This document shows, one piece after another, positions 23,111 through 35,100 of a DNA stretch of 64,000 bases. Position 1 is the stretch's first letter. Each line of letters opens with the position of its first letter. The notes below the pieces were generated by a model. That model saw nothing but the letters and a program-made list of their open reading frames with translations. It made no database searches and was not told where the DNA came from. Location of the stretch: positions 1,120,001 to 1,184,000 of the forward strand of contig CP000071.1 in NCBI GenBank assembly GCA_000002445.1. The letters are read 5' to 3'. The stretch comes from Trypanosoma brucei (Eukaryota). Both the position numbers and the translations under genes were made by a program.

Positions 23111-25336
23111 CTAACTACCAAAGTTGAAAGTAAGCGTGTGATTCCCACTCTCCCTCTTATCTTTGCTGACACTGAGGTGATCGGACCCAAAGTTGTATAC
23201 AGGCAATCCCCCCTCATTTCCCCCCGTGCTAAACGTGTTTTCCCCACCACTCTCGAATGAGTAGGTGGGAAGTCCACTCGGAGTAATACTAAAGGCAGGC
23301 TCATTGGTACTCGACCCTTCCATTTGAAAGGTATTGTACGTTATAGAATCATCTGCAACAAAGTTATTACCTTCCGTCTCACCCACATCGTATGTGAAGG
23401 CATCATCGTCAACGGAGACAATTTGAATAGCTGGAATTGATCCCGTTGGACCGTCTGCAAAACTTGATGAAAAGAAACCACCATGACCGCTCGTTGTGGT
23501 GTCCTCGAGAGGGGCGTCAAAGTTTAGTTGTGGTAAATCGGACCCAACAACTAGTGAAGAATTCTTTCGTTCCTGCTCTTGTTTCTGTGGAGCCGCCCTT
23601 TCTTGTCTTCTCGTAGAGAACATGCTACTTCCCAAATCCGGGGCAAGGGGGTCCCCATAAGAACCCTTACTTACAACCTGCTGCTCTGATCCCGCCCCAC
23701 CCTCAAAGTCGTTCGCTGAAGGAAGTCCTGTAGCTCCATACATGTCACTCTTCCTGATCTTACCCCAGTCAGGGAAACGTTTCGTAATCCTGGACGCCCT
23801 TGTGGATGATTTACCTGACGATTTTCCATCACCTGCGACCTTTGCAGTATCTCCATCGCTATCTGTATCAGAATCGTTCTCACTAGACTGCTGTGTGCTT
23901 GAATTGTGGGCTGCTTTTTCCGGCTCTTCAGTTTTTTGTGGTGTCTGCGTTGGAACCGGGTTCTGTGGCAGGGGATGTGCAGATTGGTTTTCTTTCCGCA
24001 TGTGATAACCTTGGGCCACTCCACTGAGACCCGTGTCATCCTTGCGGACTTCTTCCATTGGTGGATCCTTGCTACGGGCCCATTTGAGCACATGCCCAAC
24101 AGTGACATTACTCATGCGTAGCACCTTCTCCCGCAGTTGTTCCTCTTCCTTTGAGAGGGCAAGGATACGGGCACGTATTCCAATTACTTCATGTACAACC
24201 GGTGTGTGATCGTAGCTTCCGCTAGGTTTCACACCTGCGCCTTCAATTGTGGCGCATGAGCGCTGAAGCAGCTGCCTTTGAGACGTCAGCGACTCGATTT
24301 TGGCTGTGATTGCCTTCAACTCTTCGGCACTACCCTGGCTCCTAGACAGGGATTGCTCTATGTCCAGACACGTTTTCTCCCCCTCCAGTTTTTTTATTTG
24401 CTGCGACAACATTTCAATACGGCTTTGCATCCGTTGCAAACGCTCTTGAGTTGCGTCTACAGTAGACGATGAACCACCACGCCCAATGGTTGCACCAGTG
24501 TAGCGAGATATATCCAATGTCACTGGCACACCTGTGGAGGCGGCTAGCTGCCGCAGGTACGCCGCTACATGACCCGTGAAGTTTGCACGATGTGTTTGTG
24601 ATAAAGCAAGATACTGTGCCGAAATTAAATCCACCGTCCGGCTTTGCACCACACCTTGCGCCATGCCTTCCACACCGCTGAATGCGCGCCGTTTTTCCTC
24701 CAATTCGGCAATACGTGCCTTCAGGGGCGAGTCCTTATCAATGCCCTGCGCGATATTGGCACGGCGACGCTCTGCGAGGCCCTCTAGAGCTAAAAGAAGG
24801 GTTACAACATCATCGGTAGCCATCCGCTTCACATGACCCCTTGAACCTGTCGCTGTCTGATCCACGCCGCGGCCATCTCTGTTGCCTCCAGACGGTTGAG
24901 GAATAATATTGTTAAATGAGAGTGGAGCGTGCTTTTCGGGGTAAACGAGAAGCGCCACGGTCATTTTGGCGGGGCTCCCATGAAGACTAAAACTCACACT
25001 GACCGTTGTTGCTGCTGTCTTGCTGCTAGCCCCAAGCACGCCAGCGCAGTCGACCCTGGTTTCACCTACGGCCTTACGCGCACGTCCACGTATGTATTCC
25101 TCTACACGAATGTTTATCCATTTGGGCAGGAAGCGCAGCCCGCCACTTTTGAAGTGCACAACGGCAGAACCCTCTGGCATGGGGCTGAAGTCAACGTAAT
25201 TATTGTCGGCCACATAACACGGTGTGGAACGGAATGTCTCCCCACGACGATAGGTTATGGTATACTGTTGTCCCTTGGTTAGCGCCGTGCAGTCGATTCT
25301 CAGTACTTTGAATCGGACAATATGCGCCTCGGGCAT
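23111..25336 (-). CDS. Hypothetical protein with N-terminal NT-C2-like domain and a central coiled coil
   Basis: 741-aa ORF. The first ~150 aa (FKVLRIDCTALTKGQQYTITYRRGETFRSTPCYVADNNYVDFSP...) resemble the N-terminal C2 (NT-C2/EEIG1-EHBP1) fold pattern. A long heptad-rich middle follows (LEEKRRAFSGVEG..IESLTSQRQLLQ..), then an acidic S/T/G-rich C-terminus. Confidence 0.5.
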   Translation of the reverse strand: MPEAHIVRFKVLRIDCTALTKGQQYTITYRRGETFRSTPCYVADNNYVDFSPMPEGSAVVHFKSGGLRFLPKWINIRVEEYIRGRARKAVGETRVDCAGVLGASSKTAATTVSVSFSLHGSPAKMTVALLVYPEKHAPLSFNNIIPQPSGGNRDGRGVDQTATGSRGHVKRMATDDVVTLLLALEGLAERRRANIAQGIDKDSPLKARIAELEEKRRAFSGVEGMAQGVVQSRTVDLISAQYLALSQTHRANFTGHVAAYLRQLAASTGVPVTLDISRYTGATIGRGGSSSTVDATQERLQRMQSRIEMLSQQIKKLEGEKTCLDIEQSLSRSQGSAEELKAITAKIESLTSQRQLLQRSCATIEGAGVKPSGSYDHTPVVHEVIGIRARILALSKEEEQLREKVLRMSNVTVGHVLKWARSKDPPMEEVRKDDTGLSGVAQGYHMRKENQSAHPLPQNPVPTQTPQKTEEPEKAAHNSSTQQSSENDSDTDSDGDTAKVAGDGKSSGKSSTRASRITKRFPDWGKIRKSDMYGATGLPSANDFEGGAGSEQQVVSKGSYGDPLAPDLGSSMFSTRRQERAAPQKQEQERKNSSLVVGSDLPQLNFDAPLEDTTTSGHGGFFSSSFADGPTGSIPAIQIVSVDDDAFTYDVGETEGNNFVADDSITYNTFQMEGSSTNEPAFSITPSGLPTYSFESGGENTFSTGGNEGGLPVYNFGSDHLSVSKDKRESGNHTLTFNFGS

Positions 25337-28300
25337 GGTTTAAGATCCCTCAGATGGGAATACGTGCAAGGTAATATGGTGTAGCAAATCAGATATACGC
25401 AAGTCGGACGAAATAAAAACAAAAAGGATAATACCGAGTGGTCTCAGTCAGTGCTCCCTCCAACGTAGAACTGCTTTGGTATATTTATATGTGTGTATGC
25501 GCGTCTATGATCGTGCTAAAATGTCAACTTCCTCAAGCTGGTACTTACTTTTGAAGGTATCTTTTTATTTTTGTTTTTCCCCTGCTCTCTCTCTCTCTCA
25601 CACACACACACTTCTTTTTGACACACAATTGGAGTTGGGGAGCTCCTTTCGGTGACTGCTGGCTGGAATAAGAGCTCTTTCTTTTTTTCTTATTTATAGA
25701 ATCCGTATCTTTCCTTCCCTTTCCCTTCTTGGCTAATATGTCGTTAGTGGTGGTAAGGGGAACCAGCGTTGAGAGAGAAAAGGGAGGATAAAAGAGAGTT
25801 CAACGCTCTACTGAAGAAGTTACTCAATTAACAGACTTTTCTTCCGTGTCGCGACGCCCGCCGCACATACACGCAGAAAGAGACAAAGAATGGGGCGGTC
25901 CACAGTAACTCAGAAGAGGACGCAGAAAAAAAAAAGGGTGTGTGTGTGTGTGTGTGGAAATTAATAATCATGGGGCTCACGCAAACACAGTTCTCAAACA
26001 GAAGGAAAAACATAAAAAGAGAAAAAAGAGCGAGTAGCCGCGTTTATGGGAAGCGGGAAAACGCAAATTAGGGAAAAGGAAAAATTATAGCATCGCCGAA
26101 TGGCACAAGTAAAATGAAGTAAGGGGAACGGCAGCTGGCACGAATTGGCACAACACCCCCTCCTCCTTCATATCGCTGCCTTTTCCTCCCTCTCATTATT
26201 TGCAGTTCATTCAGCTCATCTCTACATTCTTAATGATCAGTATTCCTTCACATGTGTCCAATATCCTATGTGCCAATCGCTTCTGGGTCTGTTTTCCAGC
26301 TGTTCGTACATTTGGAAGGCGGGGCTTGAAATAAACAACAGTTATATAAGTAAGATAAAAGGCAAAAGGTGGATGGGATGCGGCTAATATTACTTTAGAT
26401 GATATAAGACACATGCAACAACCTCCTGTGCGTCGCAAACCACTTCCCACAGTTTCTGCTTCCAACTCGCCCCCACCTTTACGCAGTGCTAATCAACTTC
26501 CCCCCCTTTCCCATTACTCCTCGTTTGTTTTACTCTCCTCAGCAGCATTCCTTCAAGTGCAACAGAGGGAGAAAAGCAAAACAAAAAACAAAAAACAAAA
26601 TGGATACAACGAGCAAGGGAGGGGATGGAGGGGAAGAAACAACTGACGAAATCAAGCAGGGATTAAGAGAAGTGAATTTTTTTTCCTTTTCCCGCCTTTG
26701 CAAACACAACGACACAAACGCCCTCGGCATGTGAGCCACGGCAGTGAGGGAACTCCTAAGCGAAGATATCGATGAGGAAAGCAAAACAACAACAACAGTA
26801 ACAACACACAAATTGAAACAAAAAATAAAAGATAAACAAGGAGAAAGGTTTAAATAAGAACAGGAGGGAGAGTTACGTCACGGACGTACACAATCACACA
26901 CACACACAAAATAAATTATCTTGGTAAAGACAAGAAAACACGTAAATTGCACAAGCACACATATGAATAAATGCGTGCATGTGTGTTTGTGAGCGTGCGA
27001 TGTTTAACTCCCATCCTGCCTTTCCCCACGTGCCAGTTGTTCACCACTTCTGTTTGGAGCTAATTTATGTTTCTTTTTTTTTTCATTTTTTTGTTTTCTG
27101 CCACACCCCGCTTCTTTACCCCGTCGTCCATTACTTAACAACCGACAGAAACAAACTCTGGATTTCAATGGGTGGGAGGGGAAAGGGAAACATCACCAAA
27201 ACAAAAGGAAAAGGAAAAAGGTAGTGAACGCAGGGGGTAGTGGTGGAAAAGAAAACAAACAAAAAAATCAAACAGTCCTTCTCCTTTCTATGGGTCTATG
27301 TACTACTGAACCTCCCCACTGTTATTGTCTGACGTGTTACTCACTTCAGATCCCACCCGCCGTTTGTTATTTTACGTGTGTTAAACTTGCACTTATTGTT
27401 TCTTATTGTTCTTTTTATTTTCGTTTCTTTCTGCGTCCTCAGTTCTTTCCTCCCTTTTTTTTGGTCTTCCGTTTTTAGGTGTAATTTTTTTTTAACTTCC
27501 TTTTAAGCATCAGTATAGCTTTGAGATGTTACATATAAACATGAATACTTCACTAAACTTCAACGACAATCGCTTTGTTCAATATCATATCAATTCGATT
27601 CCCATCACCCACCCCATAAAAACATTCCTCAACTTTTTTTAATTAGTCCATTCATCCACCCGCTGTTACGACCTCTTCACTTCTTTTTTTTAAAAAAAAT
27701 CTCGTGTTACCTCACATTTGTTCGATTTCACGCTTTCAGCTTTTGTTCTCATTCTTCCTTTTTTCCGCTTTTCACCCTCTTCTTGGTGTCATCCGGGAGG
27801 GGAAACACGAGATTATTTTACAACAACATGACGTTTTCAGGTCGGTGCAACAACAAGAAGAGGGAGAAATGTTAAGTGCGAACAAATTTCCTCATATATA
27901 TATATATATATATATATGTACATATATATATTCCTTTATTCCATTGCTTTAATGCAAATAAGCAAACAACAAAAAAAAACATCAACAAAACAAAGAAGAA
28001 GCTCCAGGCATAGTACCGGTCTCTTTCCCTCTATGGATATGTAGAGATGATTGTTCAGGACTCCACACGGTTGTAGTAACAAAGAAAAATAAACATGTGT
28101 GCGGGAGATACATGAATATAACCAAATAATAATAATAATAATCAAAAAGAGTTAGACGGAGCGTGTATGGAAACATTAAAGGCGGAAAGGGAGTTTTATG
28201 TTGTTTTTTTTTTTAATAGTGAAGCTGACCAAACGTATTACATCGACCACCGAGTCATACGAAACGGGGGAATACTCCTGTCAGCATCTATGGTTGGAAC

Positions 28301-28588
28301 GAAAGTGTGAAAAACAAAATGAAACAAAACAAAAAAAAAGGGAAACATCAGCACTTGCATACATAAAAGTACAAACACACATGTGTGTGTAAGTATAAAT
28401 GAACAAAGAGGGGAAAGAACTGACATACATATATATTGAAGGTAGGAGGAGACGAAAGAGGAAGAAAAAGCGAAGCAAAGCCAACTACTTTTCTTGTGAC
28501 CGAATGGCTGTGCTTCATTTCCCGCACCCTTCCCCCTTGACCGCAAGTTAGCTGCCCCCCTCTCCATACAACTGTGGGAGCCATGAAT

Positions 28589-28595
28589 TAAAATA

Positions 28596-28632
<37 letters not shown>
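28589..28632. repeat. (AT)n microsatellite, about 22 units (others: about 3981-4000, 15131-15152, 16292-16310, 17373-17398, 27894-27912)
   Basis: Direct reading of the sequence. Typical of trypanosome intergenic regions. Confidence 0.9.
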
Positions 28633-28635
<3 letters not shown>

Positions 28636-28942
28636 TATATATATGCATGTCTATGGGCATCGCCATTAGGTGCGCTTTCACAGGCAAGCACACCGAGAAA
28701 AAACGCAACAAGAAATGGTCATGTTACATATAATTGTACTAGAAGAAAATTTAAAAGGTAGGCCACTCCTTCAAATGGGAGGGGGGGGGGAAATTTAGAA
28801 AGATAAACCGAGCAGAATAAAAGAAGGGGAAATTGTGACTTCACTTATTTTCTTCTTACCTTCTTTACTGTGATCACCTTAACTTCCCCGCACCAACCGC
28901 AAAAAGTACGAAAACGTGGGGCACACTTAGCCTGCGGAGGCA

Positions 28943-30103
28943 TCAAGCGGCTACCGCGCCCGCCTCACAGCGCCGACCGCCTTCGTCCTTCAAACCTGAC
29001 CGTTTGCGGCCCTCGCCCTCACCACCTGCTGATTGCCTCTTATCCCTGCAGTTCATATCCCAGTTCAACTGGTGCATCCAAATGCGGCATTGGTATTGGC
29101 GATTGAGTGCGCGGAGAAGGGTCTTAAATTCCACGTAGGAGTCACTGGAGTACGTGAAGGTTAGCTTCTTGCGGTCGAACTGGAACACCGCCCTCTCCAC
29201 CTGCAGCGGAACGCGGAGGTTCAGCGACTGTACCGCTGCCCTGCAGAAGCGCAGTGCGCTCTCTTCCAACTCATCCAGGCGTTGAAAGGCTTCCAGTTCC
29301 TCAGCGGTCGCCTCACGTAGCACACGGGCTAGTCGGCGGCCAGCTTCAGACGCATCACCTGCCGACCGCGCCCCAGAGTGAGAAACGGAAGCAATGCAAC
29401 CGAGGTCCTCCCCACGGTCACCCTCAACAATAACGTAGCGACCCACAAGCTCTTCAGGGACCATCACAGCTCCGAGCACAGCAGGTACATCATCAACAAG
29501 GAACACTTCATTGCCCAGACGCAACTTCACGCTTACCTCCGCGCGAGTGACGCCTCGCACTACTTTGGGGCGGCCGTCTACGTACATTTTGTAAAGCGTG
29601 TTGCTTCCCTTGTTCGGTGTGGAAGTGGTTGGGGTTCCTGCGTTGCAACAGGATACGGTGCTGTTGCTGAGATTCACAGTTTTGTCGGCGCCTATACTCG
29701 TATTAATGCTTTCATCAACCTCCATGGGGGCCTCGTACGCCGCGGTTGCTGGGCATGCGTACGGTGCCGCTCCGTAACGAGCATAAGTCATTGACCTTGG
29801 ACACATGCCACCCTCATGGCATGGAACACTGGAAGAGGCGGGTTCACCATATGTGTGTGGCGGTTGCGCAACGTCCACGCCCCGATTCGGAGCGAAAACC
29901 GGGGCGCCAAAAGCGGCCTCATGTGATCGCGCCCAATCGCATGGTCCAGCAACCGAGACAGGTATGACGGTAATATGGCGGTAGGGGTTGTGAGTGTATG
30001 TCCTTTTCATTAATCGCTTCGCACACCCGGAAACCCCGTTAGCCACATTCTCCTCCTGGAAGGTTCCAACCGTGCAGTCCGCAAGAGGCGTTCTGACTAT
30101 CAT
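28943..30103 (-). CDS. PSP1 C-terminal domain protein
   Basis: 386-aa ORF. The C-terminal ~150 aa (YVIVEGDRGEDLGCIASV...ELEAFQRLDELEESALRFCRAAVQSLNLRVPLQVERAVFQFDRKKLTFTYSSDSYVEFKTLLRALNRQYQCRIWMHQ) fit the conserved PSP1 C-terminal region. The N-terminus is low complexity. Confidence 0.55.
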   Translation of the reverse strand: MIVRTPLADCTVGTFQEENVANGVSGCAKRLMKRTYTHNPYRHITVIPVSVAGPCDWARSHEAAFGAPVFAPNRGVDVAQPPHTYGEPASSSVPCHEGGMCPRSMTYARYGAAPYACPATAAYEAPMEVDESINTSIGADKTVNLSNSTVSCCNAGTPTTSTPNKGSNTLYKMYVDGRPKVVRGVTRAEVSVKLRLGNEVFLVDDVPAVLGAVMVPEELVGRYVIVEGDRGEDLGCIASVSHSGARSAGDASEAGRRLARVLREATAEELEAFQRLDELEESALRFCRAAVQSLNLRVPLQVERAVFQFDRKKLTFTYSSDSYVEFKTLLRALNRQYQCRIWMHQLNWDMNCRDKRQSAGGEGEGRKRSGLKDEGGRRCEAGAVAA

Positions 30104-30493
30104 TTGCTGCTAGTGCCCCTTTTCTTTTTCTCGTAGTGGTGTTGAGGCGCCTATTTCTTTTAATGTTTAGATCCGTGTTCTTTACTTTCCTCACCCGATT
30201 CTTGTATCGTTTCCAACTCCAGCAAAAAAGAAAACCGATGTGCGCTTGTAACTTTCACCACCTTCGTGCAGAGGTGATAACTTTCACAACTCTTTTGTTT
30301 TTCTTTATCTTCCCTTTCACTCCGCTATCCACGTAAAAGATTTTAGAAAAGGGAAAATTAAGCACTGAAGGGAAATCAAAAATATATAATGGGTAGAATC
30401 AGCAAAAGAACAGGTAGATATTAAAAGCTAAAGAAAATTGGGCGCCGATTTAACACCTGCGCACTGCCGATCCCAGACACACACCCTCTCTCT

Positions 30494-31768
30494 TCACAGC
30501 GCTGCAGTCACGCGCCAAATACGTACGATATTATCATCACCGCCCGACGCTAACAACAAACCTTCGCCACCTCGACTGTTGTCACCCCAAAGCTCGTTGG
30601 TGGAACGACTGAAAGCAACCGTGTTTACGTCCGCCTCGTGCGCGGAGGGAACCTCCGCGACAACACTCACATGAACCTCTTCGTACCCCCTTGACTGATA
30701 TACACCCAAGAGCGTTACCTTGTTATCACCACTTCCACATGCCACAATAGCTGGCGAGACATCACTACCACTTGGTGCCCAGCCCACAGAATAAATGGTA
30801 CGCTCTGCAAACCCAGAAGCAGTGCACACGGAACGAAAATTACCGTCGCCATCACGACTCCAGAAAGTAACAGTTTTGTCATCCGAGCTGCAACACACCA
30901 CTGGGCTGTACTCCAGTGCAGTGCCCTCCCTCTCTTCCTCCTCCATCTGTAATGAGTCAATGGGCTGCTCAATAGGTTGCACAGCTACTGACCAAACAGT
31001 ACCATCATGCCTTGTCAACGTCTGGTGACAGTACCAGTCGTCCCGCTTATGCGATTCCGTCCATACCTTAACGGTATTATCATACGAACAAGAAAACAGA
31101 AGAGGTTTCTCTACCCCGCCGGATGGAAAAAGCCATGCACACGCCTTAACGTCCTGCGCGTGGCCAGCCAGAACGCCAGCACATTCGAACTCTCCGACGT
31201 CGACACGGTCCCACACCCAAACAGTGCGATCACGTGAGCAAGTAGCCAGAGTGTTGTCTGTCCCCCATGCAGCACATTTGACTTCGTTTTCGTGTCCATC
31301 AAGAATAGCCTCTAACTCGAATTCAAAGCAGTTCGGATCGTCCGATACTCGTCTCCATACGCTTGCCGTACGGTCAAAGGAAGCACACGCGATAAACGTA
31401 CCGCTGGGGCTCCACGAAACGTGACGCACAGTCCGGCTATGCTCACCTTCTAAGGTATAGATACAGCTCCATGTTCCATTTTGGTCCCTTCCGTTTGGGA
31501 TCTCCTCACGACCAACATTCAACATGTAACCCCACAGTCGTACAGTTCCATCACCAGAGCAAGACGCCACAACATTAGCCGTGGGGCACCACGCCACACA
31601 CCAAATGCGGTCGGTATGGTCTCTGAGAGTGCAAACGGGCTCTACACGAAGGAGAGGTGGAGCCTCGTACGGCAGATATAAGGGCCGCATGTGGTTATCA
31701 GAGGTGCCACCGGCCCGGAGGACCCGAGCATCCACATGCTCCATCCACGAGAAATAACTAGACAACAT
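30494..31768 (-). CDS. CIA1: Cytosolic iron-sulfur assembly protein CIA1/CIAO1 (WD40)
   Basis: 424-aa ORF with seven WD40-like units. Several blocks match CIAO1 almost residue for residue: HSRTVRHVSWSPSGTFIACASFDRTASVW, FEFELEAILDGHENEVKCAAWGTDNTLATCSRDRTVWVWDRVDVGEFECAGVLAGHAQDVK, SCSYDNTVKVW, DDWYC and HDGTVWSV. Confidence 0.85.
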   Translation of the reverse strand: MLSSYFSWMEHVDARVLRAGGTSDNHMRPLYLPYEAPPLLRVEPVCTLRDHTDRIWCVAWCPTANVVASCSGDGTVRLWGYMLNVGREEIPNGRDQNGTWSCIYTLEGEHSRTVRHVSWSPSGTFIACASFDRTASVWRRVSDDPNCFEFELEAILDGHENEVKCAAWGTDNTLATCSRDRTVWVWDRVDVGEFECAGVLAGHAQDVKACAWLFPSGGVEKPLLFSCSYDNTVKVWTESHKRDDWYCHQTLTRHDGTVWSVAVQPIEQPIDSLQMEEEEREGTALEYSPVVCCSSDDKTVTFWSRDGDGNFRSVCTASGFAERTIYSVGWAPSGSDVSPAIVACGSGDNKVTLLGVYQSRGYEEVHVSVVAEVPSAHEADVNTVAFSRSTNELWGDNSRGGEGLLLASGGDDNIVRIWRVTAAL

Positions 31769-32104
31769 AATGCAAATGAGAAAGTTAAAGCGATGTGCAG
31801 AAGTAAAAGCGGGGTAAACAGTAGTTGTACGAAAATAGGGAAGAGCAGAAAATATTTAGGGAGAGAGGAGAAGGAATCCGCAAAAATTTCGCACAACATT
31901 ACCATTACCAGCACTATCACAGAATATTATTTAGTTACTTAACAAGCTGTATGATTTGTATCATTCATTCTTTGACAAAAAAAAAACGATACAAGAATTT
32001 ACCGGTTACCTTCCTCTTTAATACAGATTACAGTAGTGACGAAATAAAATGGATCAAACAATGGCTGGCACCGTGAGAGGCTCGACCACCGCGATCAACC
32101 AGCA

Positions 32105-35100
32105 CTATTCACTGTCCTCAAACTGAAACGACCTTACGGAAACATCAACACCGGAGGCATAAAGTTTTGCCTTGTTTTTCTGTTTCAATTTATTAAAGCT
32201 CTTCCCTTTCACACGCATCATTTCCTGGTTTTGACGCAACGCCATATGCTCAGCTTTGGGCCCATTATCCCTCAGATCATTACTAGCGAACGCCACCTTC
32301 GTGGGATCAATACGTTGAAATGGCCGACGGACACTCCCAGATCCACGAACAGAAAAATCATCGCACTTCCCAACCACTGGTTGCTTCCTGTCTCTTCGAT
32401 ACGAATCGACAGCTTCAACACGTGGCACCTTCCTCAAAATTTCCTCACTCTCACCTTCATAATGTGATAGAGACCTCTTTCTACCGGTCACCCCAAAATC
32501 TTCCACAACATCAGAAGAGCTCTCAGGTGCCACCGGTTTCTTCACCGCAGCGTTGCTCTTGGGTGAACTATTGGCTTTCACCAATGGTTTCCGAACGGGT
32601 TCATCATCATCAGAAGAGCTGTCAGGTGCCACCGGTTTCTTCACTGCAGCGTTGCTCTTGGGTGAACTATTGGCCTTTACCAGTGGTTTCCGAACGGGTT
32701 CATCATCATCATCAGAAGAGCTGTCAGGTGCCACCGGTTTCTTCACTGCAGCGTTGCTCTTGGGTGAACTATTGGCTTTCACCAGTGGTTTCCGAACGGG
32801 TTCATCATCATCATCAGAAGAGCTCTCAGGTGCCACCGGTTTCTTCACTGCAGCGTTGCTCTTGGGTGAACTATTGGCTTTCACCAATGGTTTCCGAACG
32901 GGTTCATCATCATCATCAGAAGAGCTCTCAGGTGCCACCGGTTTCTTCACTGCAGCGTTGCTCTTGGGTGAACTATTGGCTTTCACCAATGGTTTCCGAA
33001 CGGGTTCATCATCATCATCAGAAGAGCTCTCAGATGCCACCGGTTTCTTCACTGCAGCGTTGCTCTTGGGTGAACTATTGGCTTTCACCAATGGTTTCCG
33101 AACGGGTTCATCATCATCATCAGAAGAGCTGTCAGGTGCCACCGGTTTCTTCACTGCAGCGTTGCTCTTGGGTGAACTATTGGCTTTCACCAATGGTTTC
33201 CGAACGGGTTCATCATCATCATCAGAAGAGCTGTCAGGTGCCACCGGTTTCTTCACTGCAGCGTTGCTCTTGGGTGAACTATTGGCTTTCAGCAGTGGTT
33301 TCCGAACGGGTTCATCATCATCATCAGAAGAGCTGTCAGGTGCCACCGGTTTCTTCACTGCAGCGTTGCTCTTGGGTGAACTATTGGCCTTTACCAGTGG
33401 TTTCCGAACGGGTTCATCATCATCATCAGAAGAGCTGTCAGGTGCCACCGGTTTCTTCACTGCAGCGTTGCTCTTGGGTGAACTATTGGCTTTCACCAGT
33501 GGTTTCCGAACGGGTTCATCATCATCATCAGAAGAGCTCTCAGGTGCCACCGGTTTCTTCACTGCAGCGTTGCTCTTGGGTGAACTATTGGCCTTTACCA
33601 GTGGTTTCCGAACGGGTTCATCATCATCATCAGAAGAGCTGTCAGGTGCCACCGGTTTCTTCACTGCAGCGTTGCTCTTGGGTGAACTATTGGCTTTCAC
33701 CAGTGGTTTCCGAACGGGTTCATCATCATCATCAGAAGAGCTCTCAGATGCCACCGGTTTCTTCACTGCAGCGTTGCTCTTGGGTGAACTATTGGCTTTC
33801 AGCAGTGGTTTCCGAACGGGTTCATCATCATCATCAGAAGAGCTCTCAGGTGCCACCGGTTTCTTCACTGCAGCGTTGCTCTTGGGTGAACTATTGGCTT
33901 TCACCAATGGTTTCCGAACGGGTTCATCATCATCAGAAGAGCTCTCAGGTGCCACCGGTTTCTTCACTGCAGCGTTGCTCTTGGGTGAACTATTGGCTTT
34001 CACCAATGGTTTCCGAACGGGTTCATCATCATCATCAGAAGAGCTCTCAGGTGCCACCGGTTTCTTCACTGCAGCGTTGCTCTTGGGTGAACTATTGGCT
34101 TTCACCAATGGTTTCCGAACGGGTTCATCATCATCATCAGAAGAGCTGTCAGGTGCCACCGGTTTCTTCACTGCAGCGTTGCTCTTGGGTGAACTATTGG
34201 CTTTCACCAATGGTTTCCGAACGGGTTCATCATCATCATCAGAAGAGCTGTCAGGTGCCACCGGTTTCTTCACTGCAGCGTTGCTCTTGGGTGAACTATT
34301 GGCTTTCACCAATGGTTTCCGAACGGGTTCATCATCATCATCAGAAGAGCTGTCAGGTGCCACCGGTTTCTTCACTGCAGCGTTGCTCTTGGGTGAACTA
34401 TTGGCTTTCAGCAGTGGTTTCCGAACGGGTTCATCATCATCATCAGAAGAGCTGTCAGGTGCCACCGGTTTCTTCACTGCAGCGTTGCTCTTGGGTGAAC
34501 TATTGGCCTTTACCAGTGGTTTCCGAACGGGTTCATCATCATCATCAGAAGAGCTGTCAGGTGCCACCGGTTTCTTCACTGCAGCGTTGCTCTTGGGTGA
34601 ACTATTGGCTTTCACCAATGGTTTCCGAACGGGTTCATCATCATCAGAAGAGCTGTCAGGTGCCACCGGTTTCTTCACTGCAGCGTTGCTCTTGGGTGAA
34701 CTATTGGCTTTCAGCAGTGGTTTCCGAACGGGTTCATCATCATCAGAAGAGCTGTCAGGTGCCACCGGTTTCTTCACTGCAGCGTTGCTCTTGGGTGAAC
34801 TATTGGCCTTTACCAGTGGTTTCCGAACGGGTTCATCATCATCATCAGAAGAGCTGTCAGGTGCCACCGGTTTCTTCACTGCAGCGTTGCTCTTGGGTGA
34901 ACTATTGGCTTTCACCAATGGTTTCCGAACGGGTTCATCATCATCAGAAGAGCTGTCAGGTGCCACCGGTTTCTTCACTGCAGCGTTGCTCTTGGGTGAA
35001 CTATTGGCTTTCAGCAGTGGTTTCCGAACGGGTTCATCATCATCAGAAGAGCTGTCAGGTGCCACCGGTTTCTTCACTGCAGCGTTGCTCTTGGGTGAAC